Of a stretch of DNA of 64,000 bases, positions 48,515-60,908 are shown in pieces (position 1 is the first letter of the stretch; each line of letters begins with the position of its first letter). Below the pieces are notes generated by a model. That model had not been told where the DNA came from. It saw only the letters and a program-made list of their open reading frames with translations, and made no database searches. The position numbers and the translations under genes were made by a program. This DNA comes from Selaginella moellendorffii (taxonomy: Eukaryota; Plantae; Lycopodiophyta), in the NCBI RefSeq assembly GCF_000143415.4, contig NW_003314357.1:328269-392268 (forward strand). The letters are read 5' to 3'.

Positions 48515-50169
48515 ACTAGTTTGGCCAGGAAAGGTTAGTCTAACTTAGGAAGGGTATGCCCATGTGGTGGGTGATGATATACCCACTGAGGAGTCCAAGG
48601 CTAGAGTGAACATGGATGGACAAGTGAGGTAAATTGGTAAAGTGTTCAAAAGCTGGCTCTAACTCTCTCAGGAGATTGAATGGTTGATGCTTTCAATCCA
48701 AGTGTGGGTGGCATTACTTACTTGGATACTTAGTATGGCTCATTAAAACCTCATTTTAGCCACATGGCTAGGGCACTAGAGACCAAAGGTGATAAGGTTC
48801 TCATAGGTCCACTGTATTTCGACATGCCGTCCCAAAGTCTTGGATTGTGGAAAGACAAAGGAGCAATCCTCTTGTATGGTAACCAAGGGCATCCTCATAT
48901 GGTGAGGAAATCTTAGAGGGCAATAGGACTTAGTGGTTGGGCCTTTGGACCCTAATTTAGTGGTGGTGTTGGTGTGCACTATTGTAGATGGAGTGGGACT
49001 TGATAAAGACCAAAGAAGGGATATTGAGGAAAGATATTCCCCATATCTTTAGGCATCCTCAGGATGCTAAGGTGTGGTTATGGGATGACTACACATAGAT
49101 AGATGGCTCAGTCTTTGAGAGACAAGTCTATGGCACAAGTGGTCTTGGATTACTAATGAGATAAAAGTGAATGGATATAACCTTAGTGTAATGGGCTGAT
49201 ATACCAATATTACCTTTGGGGGTTTGTCGTGGGATTGGACATGTGGTGCACTTGGACCAAGTGCAAAAGGAAAGTGGTATAGAGGCTATTCACAAGGCTA
49301 GCAAGTCCCCAAGGTAGGAATTAGACTTATGGAAATTGTGAGCGGGAATCCTTTAAGTGGTCGAAGGTGTGGTTAAGTGACTAAAATAGAATGGAAAATT
49401 TAGTCACTTACACTATGATCTATAAAACAAAACTAAATTGTATTAAAATATTAATAAATATAATTTACCTCTTTAAAATTAGAGGCAACTCACAAAATTC
49501 TCTAACCTGGCATTTGAAAAAATGATATTCTTCAATAGTAAATATCAACCTACCAAAGTCACATGTTACCTCCACAATTGAACCATTATTTGTTGTGCAA
49601 TCAATCATAACATCATCTGATGGACAATAGAGCTTAAGACTTGCATTGTTGATAGAGTTTAAAATAGGTACCTAGGATATGTATTATAGATTTGTTTGTC
49701 CACAAAGTTGGGTATGATGTCAATAAAACTATTATACTAGGAAAAACATTGCTATACACTCGCTATCATAAAACCCATCATGTGTGTTTTTGTAGAAGGC
49801 ATAATAAGTTCACATCATGACCTAGAAAATAAGAGCTCCTAATTGCAAAATTCCTTTTCTTTGACTTTCCAAAGGGTCTTTCAAATATTAATGGGAAAGT
49901 CAAGGACTAGAGCTTTCTCACACTCAACCACATATATAATACATTCCTCTTATCAAAAACACTTATGCTTGAAATTAGCCATATCATCTTTATCCTATTG
50001 AACAACCTTGATTGGATGTATGAACTTATGATATATGTAGTATAAATTCATTTTAAGTCATTCTCTTTTAAGTGAATCATGGATTCTATTAGCTTTAATA
50101 CTAAAGGTGTCTCATACAAGTTAAAGGTGAGTAGGTATTTTGTATATTTATCTAATTTCTAAACTTTTG

Positions 50170-50580
50170 ACTAATTGTTTGGACTACCTAGTAGATCATA
50201 TAACATAGTACTATTCAAACCCAAGGACCTTTAATTCTAAACAACCCAAAACCATTAATTGGTTGGAAAAAGGTATTCATGTGCCTTTTTCCTTTATATT
50301 TAACCCCTTTAGATTATTTTTTAAGTCATTCTTTTTAATTGCTTATAATCCACCATGCTTTTTACAAGTTCATGCCTTCTTCTCCTAAAAGCCTTCTTTT
50401 TGATATCCTAACCCTTGGGTTAAGCCCAACCAAATAAAAACTAAACCATTAAATGTCAATCTCGATATATGGTATGATTTTTCTAGCCAAAAAATAGAGT
50501 TGGATTTGAGAATTTTTTGATACCAAGTTGTAAGTTTTTGAATTTAAACTTCCCAAGAGGTCACCTAGCCCAATACTTAT
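50170..50580 (-). mobile_element. Second, degenerate copy of the 5S-LTR TRIM (LTR + ~180-bp interior + partial LTR)
   Basis: AGTACTATTCAAACCCAAGGAC at ~50207-50228; TGATACCA PBS followed by TGTAAG...GAGGTCACCTAGCCCAATACT at ~50517-50578. Confidence 0.75.
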
Positions 50581-53500
50581 TGAAGGGAAAAGCCCTTTAA
50601 CGTGAGGAGAAATACACCAATCTACCATCACTCAAGTGTTGCTCAAAACTCTTGTATGAACTCTCTGCCTTAGAAAATAAGGGGAATATACCCTTGCACC
50701 CTAGCATCTCCTCACACCTATAGAATATTCCAATAGTGGAATATATTAGGGATTCTTGCTCAAGCTCTAAGCTATATCCTAATAGATGATTATGAGGGAA
50801 TGCACTAGCTCTGCCATGTTTGAGAAACCTATGACCTTTGTGGCACTACTATAAGAAAAAAATCCAAAGAAAACACAAAGAAAAAAACAAGAGAAAGAAA
50901 AGAAGTTACAAAGTTTTAGGATGAAGGGAACACTTTGTGAGAAAAACTTCATCCAAGAACTAAGAACTCAACCCAAGAGAAAAAGAATTAGGATAAACAA
51001 AGAAGAAAATAAAGAGAAAACAAACAAAGAGATAAAGAGGCAAAGAAAGTAAGGTGTACCTAAAAGATAGGAAGGACTAACTTGAATTGCTGCCTCAAAG
51101 GCTCTTGAGCCTCCAAGAAGTACCCCAAGTTCTCCCATGTCAGTCTCAAAGTCCTATTAAAAAAAGAGTGGAAGTGAAAGTGATGTTTGCAATTGGTAAC
51201 TGTGAAAGAGTGGTTTTGGTGATGATTGGTGAGTAATAATGGTGCCCAAATGGTGAGATGATAATGGTGGGGGTCTTCTAGTATGTGATGGTTGTTAAAT
51301 GTGTTTGCATCTTGCATACTTGTTATGAAAGAGAAAAACATGTGCAGCTAGTAGGCAGCATCTACTCGAATCACTAGTTTGTTGCTATAGAAAGTACAGG
51401 ATCCCCAACATTGTGGACATATGGTGTGGAAATGGGATGGAACATAAGTAGGTAAGTGTAATGAGTGATGGAAAATGGTGTAATGAGTGACTAGATGAGT
51501 GAATGGTGACTATGAGTAAAGAGAATGATATGTAGAATGAAGTGATTGGGAGAAAAATTGGGACAAAGAACTAAAATTTGAAGAAACTTGAGCTTCTGGA
51601 AGATAAAGATTGATGTAGCCTTAGGAATAACTTAGGGAAGACCTTGGTTCTCTAGAGGAAATACCTAGAAAGTAGAAAATGTGAAAGAAAGTTGAAGAAG
51701 GAAAGGGCAAGTGAAAAGAAAAAAAAGAGGAAGACAAAGAAAGATTTCACAACATAGAAAATTTGAAGAACTCTTTCTTGGTGATTGAGCTTGTGTGCCT
51801 AGAGATCCCAAAGAGTCTTGAAGGAGGCCAAAGATGCTGCAAAAGCTGGCTATGTCACCTTCTAATGTGTGATGTCATGTAGGCCCAAAATGAGTAAGAT
51901 TGCTGAAATGAGGAAATCTGGAGCTCATATGTGTCTAGAGCCCTTAGAGCATGGAAGGATGTGGCTCAAAAGCAGTGAACTCAGTTGGAAGAGCTCACAA
52001 GAATCCAAAGTAGCCACAAATGATACCACAATCACTATGGGTGATGCCACAGTTAGTATCTTATGGTTGGAGAAATCTAGTATGATGTGTCAAGGCTAGA
52101 GAAGCTTTGAAAAAGAGTTAGGCTGATGATGGAGAAAAAGTGTTGCTTTCACCACCTTTAGTTGGTAGATAATCTGCAAGCTTTTGGCTTACATGCACCA
52201 TATCCATCTACTGTGTCAAAGTGTTATGGACTATATCCTTTCTTGGTTAAGAGCCACTACTTTTTCTTGAAAAATCATATATATATATATATATCACCCT
52301 TGTTAATAGAGCTGTATGAAATCTCCAAGCTAGAAAGAATTAGATCTAACACCTCTAGCTGTATGAGGAGGTATTTTTGAGCTTCCTTTTGTGTCCCTAT
52401 AGTAGGATCTGTCTCAAGAAAGTCACTTTCCAAAGGCACCACAAAATTGTGTTCTCCTCCATGTCCTAAGAAGCTAAAGCTTGGCCTTTAGGCATTGAGG
52501 ACTGTCATTTGGTTGGTTTCTTTGCAATTGGCTATTCTTGAAGTCAAAGAAGCAACACACCACATCTAGCTATGGCTGTCCTAAGATGACTGACTTCTCA
52601 CATAAGGAGGTTCCCAAAGAATTTAGTCCACAACAAGGAAGTCGACTATGGACTTGTGAAGTGCAACTTCCCACAGGTGCTAGAGTGTGATTTGCAAAGG
52701 TCTTTAGCATGACCTTGGAATACTTTTAGATTTAGAGACTTGCTTATTGAGCAAGAGTGAAAGAGAGAATGTTTATGGCTGAGCTAAAGTCAGTAAGCAC
52801 ATTAATGCTCAAAATTGTCACTAGAACTATGAATGTGCTAGGATCAAGAGCCATTTTGGCATTGACAAAAGGAATAAGAGCCATGTTTAGGGCTAAAAAG
52901 GGTGCTATTCCACTAAGAACTCACATTAAGACCTCAAGCTGCTAAAGCATGGTGGGAAAGAGCACCAAATGTTATCATGATTGGAGTTGCCATGACTTCA
53001 TCAATAAGATTGCTTGGGTGATTTGATATCAAGGAAGACCCTCCTAATTGTGTGTTGGTGAAGTTTGGCACACATGCAAAAACTGGAACCTCATGTCACA
53101 CTCCAGAAGCTAAATTGAGCAATTCTTGATACCATGATCAGCCATGATCAATTCACTTCCACAGGATTCCATTCCATCCATCTCCACATCCGCAGCTACC
53201 ACCATTGGGCAACATTTCCCACCTTTTACCTCTTTTTCTTCTCTAGTTTTGGTCATTCCCTTGGGGCAAGGCTGGGATCAACAAGAGGCTGCATGTGCAT
53301 ATTATCCTTTCTTGAGTTGGGATCTAGGTATGTGTCCCATTCTCTTGTTACTCACAACTTTGGGTGTTTAGTTTGCGCTTAGAGTTTTTCCCACAGGGTT
53401 TTCCCTCTACACCTTCGTCTCTTTCTTTTCTATCACCTCATCATTTTCTTTTCAGTTTCTCTTTTCTTTTTCTCTTTGATTCTGCAGTTCCTGTCTCTAG

Positions 53501-53749
53501 GCATTTGGTGCAGATCTTCATTACGACATCTTCATCATCCAGGTCATGGGTTCTTGCAATGATGGAGCCTATCATGATCCCTTGTGGTTGCCTATTGTGG
53601 CCACAGCCAAGAGCTAGCATCTTAGCTTTCAAGGGCGAGAAAATATGCAATAGAGGCTTTGAGAGCTTGAGAGTTTGGAGACTTGAGGCTGCCCTAACAA
53701 GGCGTTGATTGCAGTTGCTCAGGAGATATCTCCCATTCTAGCTAGCGTT

Positions 53750-54930
53750 TAGGACGTGGCAACCTATATTCAGACTAGCATGGTCCCTCCAACATTATCT
53801 TTAGAGCAGCAGCACGCTTTAGGCATCAAGGCCCACGACTACACTTTGCACAATGGAGTTCTTTATCAGTGCATGCCACTAGGGATCCTCTTGCCATGTG
53901 TGGGGCAGATGAGGTTCCTAGCCTTCTTCAGGCTTTTCACAGCTATGGCAGCCACTTTTCTAGAGTCACAATAGCTCATTCTCTTTTTTTACTGGCCAAC
54001 TTTTTTCAAGAACACTGCTGCCTATGCATGATCATGCTTACAATGCCAGCATTGCAACCCTAGGAATTTGGCTCCAAATTTGCCTTTCCAATTCAGGGCC
54101 TTGACTTTGTTGGTCTTATCGATCTACCTTCTTCGTCTGGCCATCACTACTTGCTAGTGGCCACAGATTACTTCTCAAAATGGGTGGAGGCTATCCCATT
54201 GCACACAGCAGATCAGAATGCCACTGCCACAGTTTTGTATGAGCATGATGTTTGTTGATTTAACATTCCAGCCCACTTTTATTTCTGATTGTGGTGGCAC
54301 ATTTCTTAGCAAGGTCATTAAGACTCTCATGCAGCATTTGGACATCACTCACACTTGTAGCAGCAGTTATTATCTACAGAGCAATGGCTAGGCAAAGTTT
54401 TCAAATAAGATCCTCAAGTCAATTCTCAGCAAGCTTGTGTCCTTGACGATGGCATGAACAAGTCTATAGCTTTGTGGGCATTTCCCACCATTTACAAGGC
54501 CAGCATTGACACAACTCCATTCTTTATAGTCTATGGGCAACAGGCTATCCTTCCAATGGAGATTTAATCCCATCTATCCACTTTGCATCACAATATGTGG
54601 TTGAGTTCCAGTTATTGAAGGCAAAGCAGCTCCAGACATGCACTTAGGAGCTTTTGGAGTTGAATGAGCACTGTTTAACAGCTTTGGAGCACAACTATGC
54701 ACAAAAGGTTCAACTCAAGTCTCAATGAGGATGTGAGGCTTTGTCAACACCATTCCAGCAAGGTGACTTGGTTCTTCTCCAGGATTTCACACCTTCATCC
54801 AAATTCATACCAACATAGCTAGGTTCCTACATCATTCAGTGCCACAAGGGGGTTGTTCTTACATCCTAGTGGATTCTGATGGCCACCAATTCTAGCATGT
54901 GCAACATTACAGCCATCTCAAGCCATGATC
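53750..54930 (+). pseudogene. Degenerate Ty3/gypsy integrase remnant
   Basis: GLDFVGLIDLPSSSGHHYLLVATDYFSKWVEAIPL; SYYLQSNG*A; many stops. Confidence 0.8.
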
Positions 54931-56191
54931 ATGCTTACTGCGCCTGGATCAAACACAAAGCGACTATAAGCCTCATAAAAGGAGAAAAAGTACTTTTTTT
55001 CACCTAAAGAGCATGGTGTAAGTGATTAATTTTTCCATTCTACTTTAGTCACTTAACCACACCTCCAACCACTTGGAGGAGTCTCACTCACAACCTCTAT
55101 AAGTCCTATTTCGGACTTGGGCTTGCTAGCCCCGAGAATGACATCCTCACCACTCAACTTTTGCACTTGGTCCAAGTGCTCCACGTGTCCGATCCCATGA
55201 CCAACACCCCAAGGAACTACCGACATATCGGCTTGTTACGCTAAGGCCATGCCCATTCCCCTTGGTCACACCGGTGGTCTGACGCCACCTCCATCACAGT
55301 CCCGTCTCTCAAAGACTAGGCTATCCATTCATGAGCGATCATCCCAGATCCACTCCTTAACATCTTTAGGATGCCCACAAACCTGAGAAATAGCCTTCCC
55401 CAATATCCCTTTTCCGGTCCCCACCAAGTCCCTTTCTGCTCGTGGCCTTGTTCGCCAACATTGCCATTGGGTCGAGGCCCACAGGCCCGACCACCAAGTC
55501 CCACGGTCCTCTGGGACTTCCTCACCACCCAACTGTATCCTTGGTCACTACACCAGAGGACTACTCCTCTTCCTTTCCACAGTCTGGGCCTTTGGGACAA
55601 CATTTTGGAACACCATGGCCTTACACGAGCCTCATGGGTACTCTCCCCACCTTCTGCCTTTGGGTGCTCTAGCCATAGGCTTAGAGTGAGGTTCCATTGA
55701 GCTGCACCAGGTATCCAAGTAGGTAGTGCCACCTGTCAGGAATCCCCCAATTCTTGCCACATTCCTGACTCTCGCTGGATTCCTGACCTGCAGACCACAT
55801 TCCTGACTCTCGAGACACTTCTCTATTCCTGACTCTCGAGACACTTCCCGATTCCTGAGTCTCGAGCCTCATTCCTGATGATGATGTGGCGCCTCCTCGA
55901 CCTCAGCTGTATTTAGGCTGTCCTCGATCCAAGAGTGGTGGAGCTTCATCAACCTATAGTATATATAGGTTAGCCTTGTTCCATTTCTCCACAATCTGAA
56001 TCAACACCAGTCTAAGGCCTCTTCTTTGTTTTCACTAGCTTTTTCTCTTTGTCTTTAGCATTTTCCAGTCTTGATCTTGTTGGGGGTCTTGACAGTTTGA
56101 TTCAGATTGTGTTTTTTGCTTTTCTTTTAGCTTGTTTTGATTATTTGATTGCCTTTGTCTTTTCCCCCCTTTCTTTTCTTTCTTCTTGCCA

Positions 56192-57163
56192 ATGGAGTCT
56201 CCAAGCCATCCTGATTTCTTTGCCGAAGTCCTTGCAAAAATCCAGTCTGAGAATACCGAGCTGAAGGCGACCCTTCTTCGCATGCAGCAGGAGCTTGCTT
56301 CACTTTCGGCTCAAGGATCCAGCAAAGTTCCTGAACCGAAGGTGAGTTTCCCGGCAAAATTTTCAGGCAAGCGTTCGGAGCTTCGTGGATTTTTGAATCA
56401 AATGGAGCTGATCTTTGCACTTCAACATCGGCGGTACCCCACTCCCGAGTCTCAAATCGGCGCGATTGGGACGTTGCTCGAGGGTGCAGCTTTGTCATGG
56501 TTTTCTCCTCTTCTGGAGAAGAGCATGAAAGGGGTCGTGGTTCCTGAGCTGATGGATCTTCAATTGTTCAAAGAGAAGCTCGAAGCATGTTTTGGCGAGA
56601 CGGATCGGGTTCGGGCTGCTACCACAAAGATGAGACGTCTCTCTCAGGGGTCTCGTCCTGCCTCGATCTACGCTGCAGAGTTCCAACTCCTTGCCTTGGA
56701 CACTCAGTGGGATGAGCGGGCCCTGATTGACCAATTTCGTTTCGGCCTCAACAACGGTGTCAAGGATTTGTTGCTCACCATGGAGGATCCCAAGGACCTG
56801 TCGGACGCCATCAACAAAGCTGTTCGATGTGACAATCGTCTCTTTGAACGTCGTCAGGAAAGTCGCCGCGCCGCTGTTTTTCCGTCCCAGACTCAGGAAT
56901 CCCAGCTTGAGTCTTCGGGGCATAGTCCTGAACCTACTGCTCCGGTCCCGATGGATATTTCTGGTACTCCCCGACTCATTAGAGGGAAGTTGAGTCCTGC
57001 TGAGAGGCAACGTCGAATATCTCATAATCTTTGCCTCTACTGTGCTGATCCTAATCACAAAGCAGCTGTGTGTCCCAGGAAGCCTCCCCGATTGCTCGAG
57101 TTCACTCTGCCTCAAAGTCCACCACTGTTGCAGTCGGGAAACGACCCTGTCCAAACAGAGTAG
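56192..57163 (+). CDS. gag: Gag (retrotransposon capsid + CCHC zinc knuckle)
   Basis: P.KFSGKRSELRGFL, LLEGAALSW, QFRFGL, PVPMD, CLYCADPNHKAAVC. Confidence 0.93.
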   Translation: MESPSHPDFFAEVLAKIQSENTELKATLLRMQQELASLSAQGSSKVPEPKVSFPAKFSGKRSELRGFLNQMELIFALQHRRYPTPESQIGAIGTLLEGAALSWFSPLLEKSMKGVVVPELMDLQLFKEKLEACFGETDRVRAATTKMRRLSQGSRPASIYAAEFQLLALDTQWDERALIDQFRFGLNNGVKDLLLTMEDPKDLSDAINKAVRCDNRLFERRQESRRAAVFPSQTQESQLESSGHSPEPTAPVPMDISGTPRLIRGKLSPAERQRRISHNLCLYCADPNHKAAVCPRKPPRLLEFTLPQSPPLLQSGNDPVQTE

Positions 57164-57220
57164 GAGCTGTCTGTTTGGACTCCCCAAATAAAAATCACTT
57201 TTCTTCCTTATCAAGCTCCT
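57136..57220 (+). promoter_or_regulatory. -1 ribosomal frameshift signal: G GGA AAC + predicted pseudoknot
   Basis: In-frame heptamer 57136-57142, 6-nt spacer, 11-bp stem 57149-57159/57170-57180, loop AGGAGCT pairs with AGCTCCT 57214-57220; pol is in the -1 frame. Confidence 0.85.
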
Positions 57221-60200
57221 CACCACCTTTCATCAAAGCCACCACCAATTCCCGCAACTTCCGCGTCCCATGTCTCCTTTCTTTCACCGAACAATCAGGA
57301 CTCAAGGCTTTGGCGCTACTGGACTCGGGTGCAACTTCCTGCTTCATGGACACGGACTTTGCTGCCCGACATCACGTTCCTCTTTCTCCTACCATACGGG
57401 ATCTGAGGGTTGAAGGCATCGGCGGGCATTTTGTGTCTCCATCTTCTGGACTTAGGGAAACGTTGCCCGTTCGAGTACACATCGGGTCCACCGTCACCGA
57501 TATCGCCTTCAACATCATCAACAGCAAGTCTTCCTCTGTGGTGCTCGGTCTTCCTTGGTTCCAACTACATCAGCCTCAGATTTGTTGGAAGGACTTACAG
57601 CTCATCTCTCCCACATCACCATCTCCCATGGCTTCCCCTGGTGTTCATCGAGTCCGAATCAGGAAAAGTTCCCTAAACTCAAGTCGGGGTTCTGTTCCTG
57701 ACTCTACGCAGTTTTCATCCTCTTCTTTTTTCTCTCTTCCATATTACACTGGACAGTATCCTCGTCTCATCATTCCATTTAGTCGTACTCCTCCTCCTAT
57801 CTCCACAATCACTATGAAAGAACTCCTTCATGAAGAACCTCTTTTTCTTTTTGCTTTGCATGTTTCTCCTGTCAGTCTTCCTGAGAAGTATCATGATTTT
57901 GGGGATGTGTTTGACAAGAAAAAAGCTAGTGTACTGCCTGTTCATCGGCCTTATGATTGTCCCATTGATTTACAGGAAGGAGCGTCACCTCCGTGGGGGC
58001 CTATCTACGGGTTATCCCCATCCGAGCTTAAGGCCCTCAAAGAGTACGTGGATGAGAACCTTGCCTCGGGCTACATTCAGCATTCGCAGTCCCCGGCTGG
58101 AGCGCCTGTCTTCTTTGTCAAGAAGAAGGATGGGAGCTTGCGGCTAGTCATCAACTACCGAGGTTTGAACAAGGTGACTGTTCGGAACCGTTATCCACTG
58201 CCCCTGATCTCGGACCTGTTGGAACGCCTCGGCGGTGCCCGCTTCTTCACCAAGATCGACCTCCGTGGAGCATACAACCTGATCCGGATCCGGCCTGGTG
58301 ATGAATGGAAGATTGCGTTCCGAACCCGCTATGGCCACTTCGAGTACACTGTCATGCCATTTGGCTTGACAAATGCTCCAGCGGTTTTCCAACACATGGC
58401 GAACAACGTTTTTCGGGAGTTTTTTGATCAGATGGTGATCGTCTACCTCGATGACATCCTCATCTACTCAAAAACTCAGGAGGAGCATGACGAACATGTT
58501 CGCAAGGTGCTAGCGAAGCTGCGAGAACACGGCCTATACGCGAAGCTTGAGAAATGTTCCTTTGATCAGCAGTCTGTGGAGTTCCTTGGGTACATTGTCA
58601 CTCCTGAGGGTATCACGATGGATCCTGCAAAAGTCAAGACTATTCTCGAATGGGAGCCTCCACAATCAATGTCAGACGTTCAGGTTTTCCTTGGCTTCGC
58701 CAACTTCTACCGCAAATTCATTGATCACTACTCTGACATTGTCCTTCCTCTCACACATCTCACTCGCAAGGATGTTCCCTTCTCTTGGTCTGCTGCTGCC
58801 CAGCAGGCTTTCGACACACTCAAGGCGGCCTTCAGTTCTGCTCCTGTCTTGATCCATGCTGATTCCTCACAACCTTTCTTCATCGAGGCTGACGCCTCCG
58901 ACTTTGCCATTGGTGCTGTGCTATCTCAACTCGGAGCGGATCACGAACTTCATCCGGTCGCTTTCCATTCTCGGAAATTCCAGCCTGCGGAGATCAATTA
59001 CGAAATCCACGACAAGGAGCTTCTTGCCATCGTGGATTCCTTTGGAGAGTGGCGCCGTTTCTTGGAGGGGGCGAGCCATCAAACAACAGTCTTGACGGAT
59101 CACAAAAATCTCGAGTACTTTGCCACTTCCCGAGTTTTAAGCCGTCATCAAGCAAGGTGGGCACAATTCCTGAGTCGGTTTGACTTTGTTATCAAGTACA
59201 GACCTGGAAAGTTTCAAGGCCTTCCTGATGCTCTTTCAAGGCGCTCCTATCTCAGTCTCAGGCCTGGTAATCCTGCCTTCGATCAACAGGATCAAGTTAT
59301 CCTCGGTCCTGATCGGCTTCAAGTTATGGCAATTTCCCTGGCCCCTCAGGACTCCTCCTTGATGGATGCAATCAGAAACGATCTTCAATCCGATGATCTC
59401 GCTAGCGACATTTTTCCCCATCTTCAGGCTGGACACCCAGTGACTCCCGACTGCCGGCGATTTAACGAGTTCGAGTTCTTAGATGGCTTATTGTACCGTG
59501 GGGAGCAGCTTTACGTTCCTGAAGGTGATGCTCGAAGGTTGATCCTGATGGCGTGCCACGATAGCCCGACTGCTGGTCACTTCGACATTGCGAAAACCTA
59601 TGAGCTAGTTGCACGGGACTTTTGGTGGCCTCACATGGACGACTACATCAAAGCTTTTGTTACCTCCTGTGACACTTGTGCCCGGAATAAGGTACCTCGC
59701 CACCTTCCTTCAGGTTTGCTTCGTTCCCTTCCGGTCCCTTCAGGTCCTTGGGAATCCATCTCCATGGATTTCTTGAGTGATCTTCCGAGTTCTGGAGGCT
59801 TCAACAGCATTTTAGTCGTGGTGGATCGCTTCACAAAGATGGCGCACTTCTTGCCATGTACCAAGGAGTTTTCGGGCGAGGACATGGCAAAACTGGTATT
59901 CAGGGAAATTTTCCGACTTCATGGGATTCCTACAGATGTGGTTTCGGATCGGGGGCTCAGTTCATCTCTCATTTCTGGCAACGGTTTTTGCAGTTGCTTG
60001 GAGTGAAGGCCAACCTCTCTTCGGCATATCATCCTCAAACTGATGGGCAGTCCGAGCGAACGATTCAGACATTGGAACAATTCTTGAGGTGCTTCATCAA
60101 CTATCATCAGGATAACTGGTTCGATATCCTTCCCCTTGCTGAGTTCTCCTATAACAACTCTGTTCACTCCTCTCTTCGAGTTTCCCCCTTCTTTGCGAAC

Positions 60201-60908
60201 TCTGGCCGAAATCCCCGATTCAATCTCTCACTTCCTTCTCCATCTGAATCCTCTCGTTCAAATCCCCGCTCTGAATCATTTCTCTCCAACCTTCAGGAAA
60301 TCCACAACTCCATCTCCTTCCACCTCCATCGTGCTCAGGAATCTCATAAAACATTTGCCAATGTCCATCGTCAGGATTGTCCCCCTTACAATATCGGGGA
60401 TAAAGTCTGGCTCCTCAGGCGAAATATCTCCACCACCAGGCCCTGTCCAAAACTCGATTTCAAACGCCTTGGTCCTTTCCCTATCACTGCCATCATTAAT
60501 CCTGTCACTTATCGCCTTGCACTTCCCTCCTCATATCAAATTCACCCCGTTTTTCACTCCTCTCTCCTTGAGCCTTATATTCCCAGTCCTATTCCAAATC
60601 GGGTCATTCCTCCGCCTCCACCAGTGCAGCTCGAGTATGGGTCTGAGTACGAGGTTCAGGACATCCTTGATTCCAAGATTTCACGATCTAAACTCTACTA
60701 TCTGGTGGACTGGAAGGGTTACGGACCTGAGGAACGCACTTGGGAACCTGCGGACAACCTGATTCATTCTCCTGACCTTGTTCAGGACTTCCACCGCCGC
60801 TATCCTTCTCGTCCCAGTCCTCATTCTTTTTCTCCATCTCCCATCCCTCGCCGCTCATCTCATCCTCCTCTTCGTTCTCGTTCACATCCTCGTTCCACTC
60901 GTTCTTGA
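57142..60908 (+). pseudogene. pol: Pol (protease, RT, RNase H, integrase, chromodomain) with one frameshift at ~59951-59955
   Basis: LLDSGAT, KIDLRGAY, MPFGLTNAP, YLDD, EADAS, HHCC, SMDF..VVSDRG. A G5 run one base short shifts into the frame holding AYHPQTDGQSER, GPF and EYEVQDILD..YYLVDWKGYGPEERTWEP. Confidence 0.92.

Larger units (their letters stand above)
35441..49412. mobile_element. Family-C solo LTR (~1.5 kb: 35441-35871, 43064-43233, 48515-49412) split by two nested family-A elements
   Basis: TG...CA termini with perfect TSD CTATG (35436-35440, 49413-49417). Pieces are homologous to 55017-55733 + 61333-62300. Confidence 0.85.

Noticed and set aside
55786-55876. CRISPR-like array (26-bp repeats; also 60945-61115)
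   Set aside because: Head-to-tail LTR minisatellite without unique spacers; eukaryotic context, no cas genes.
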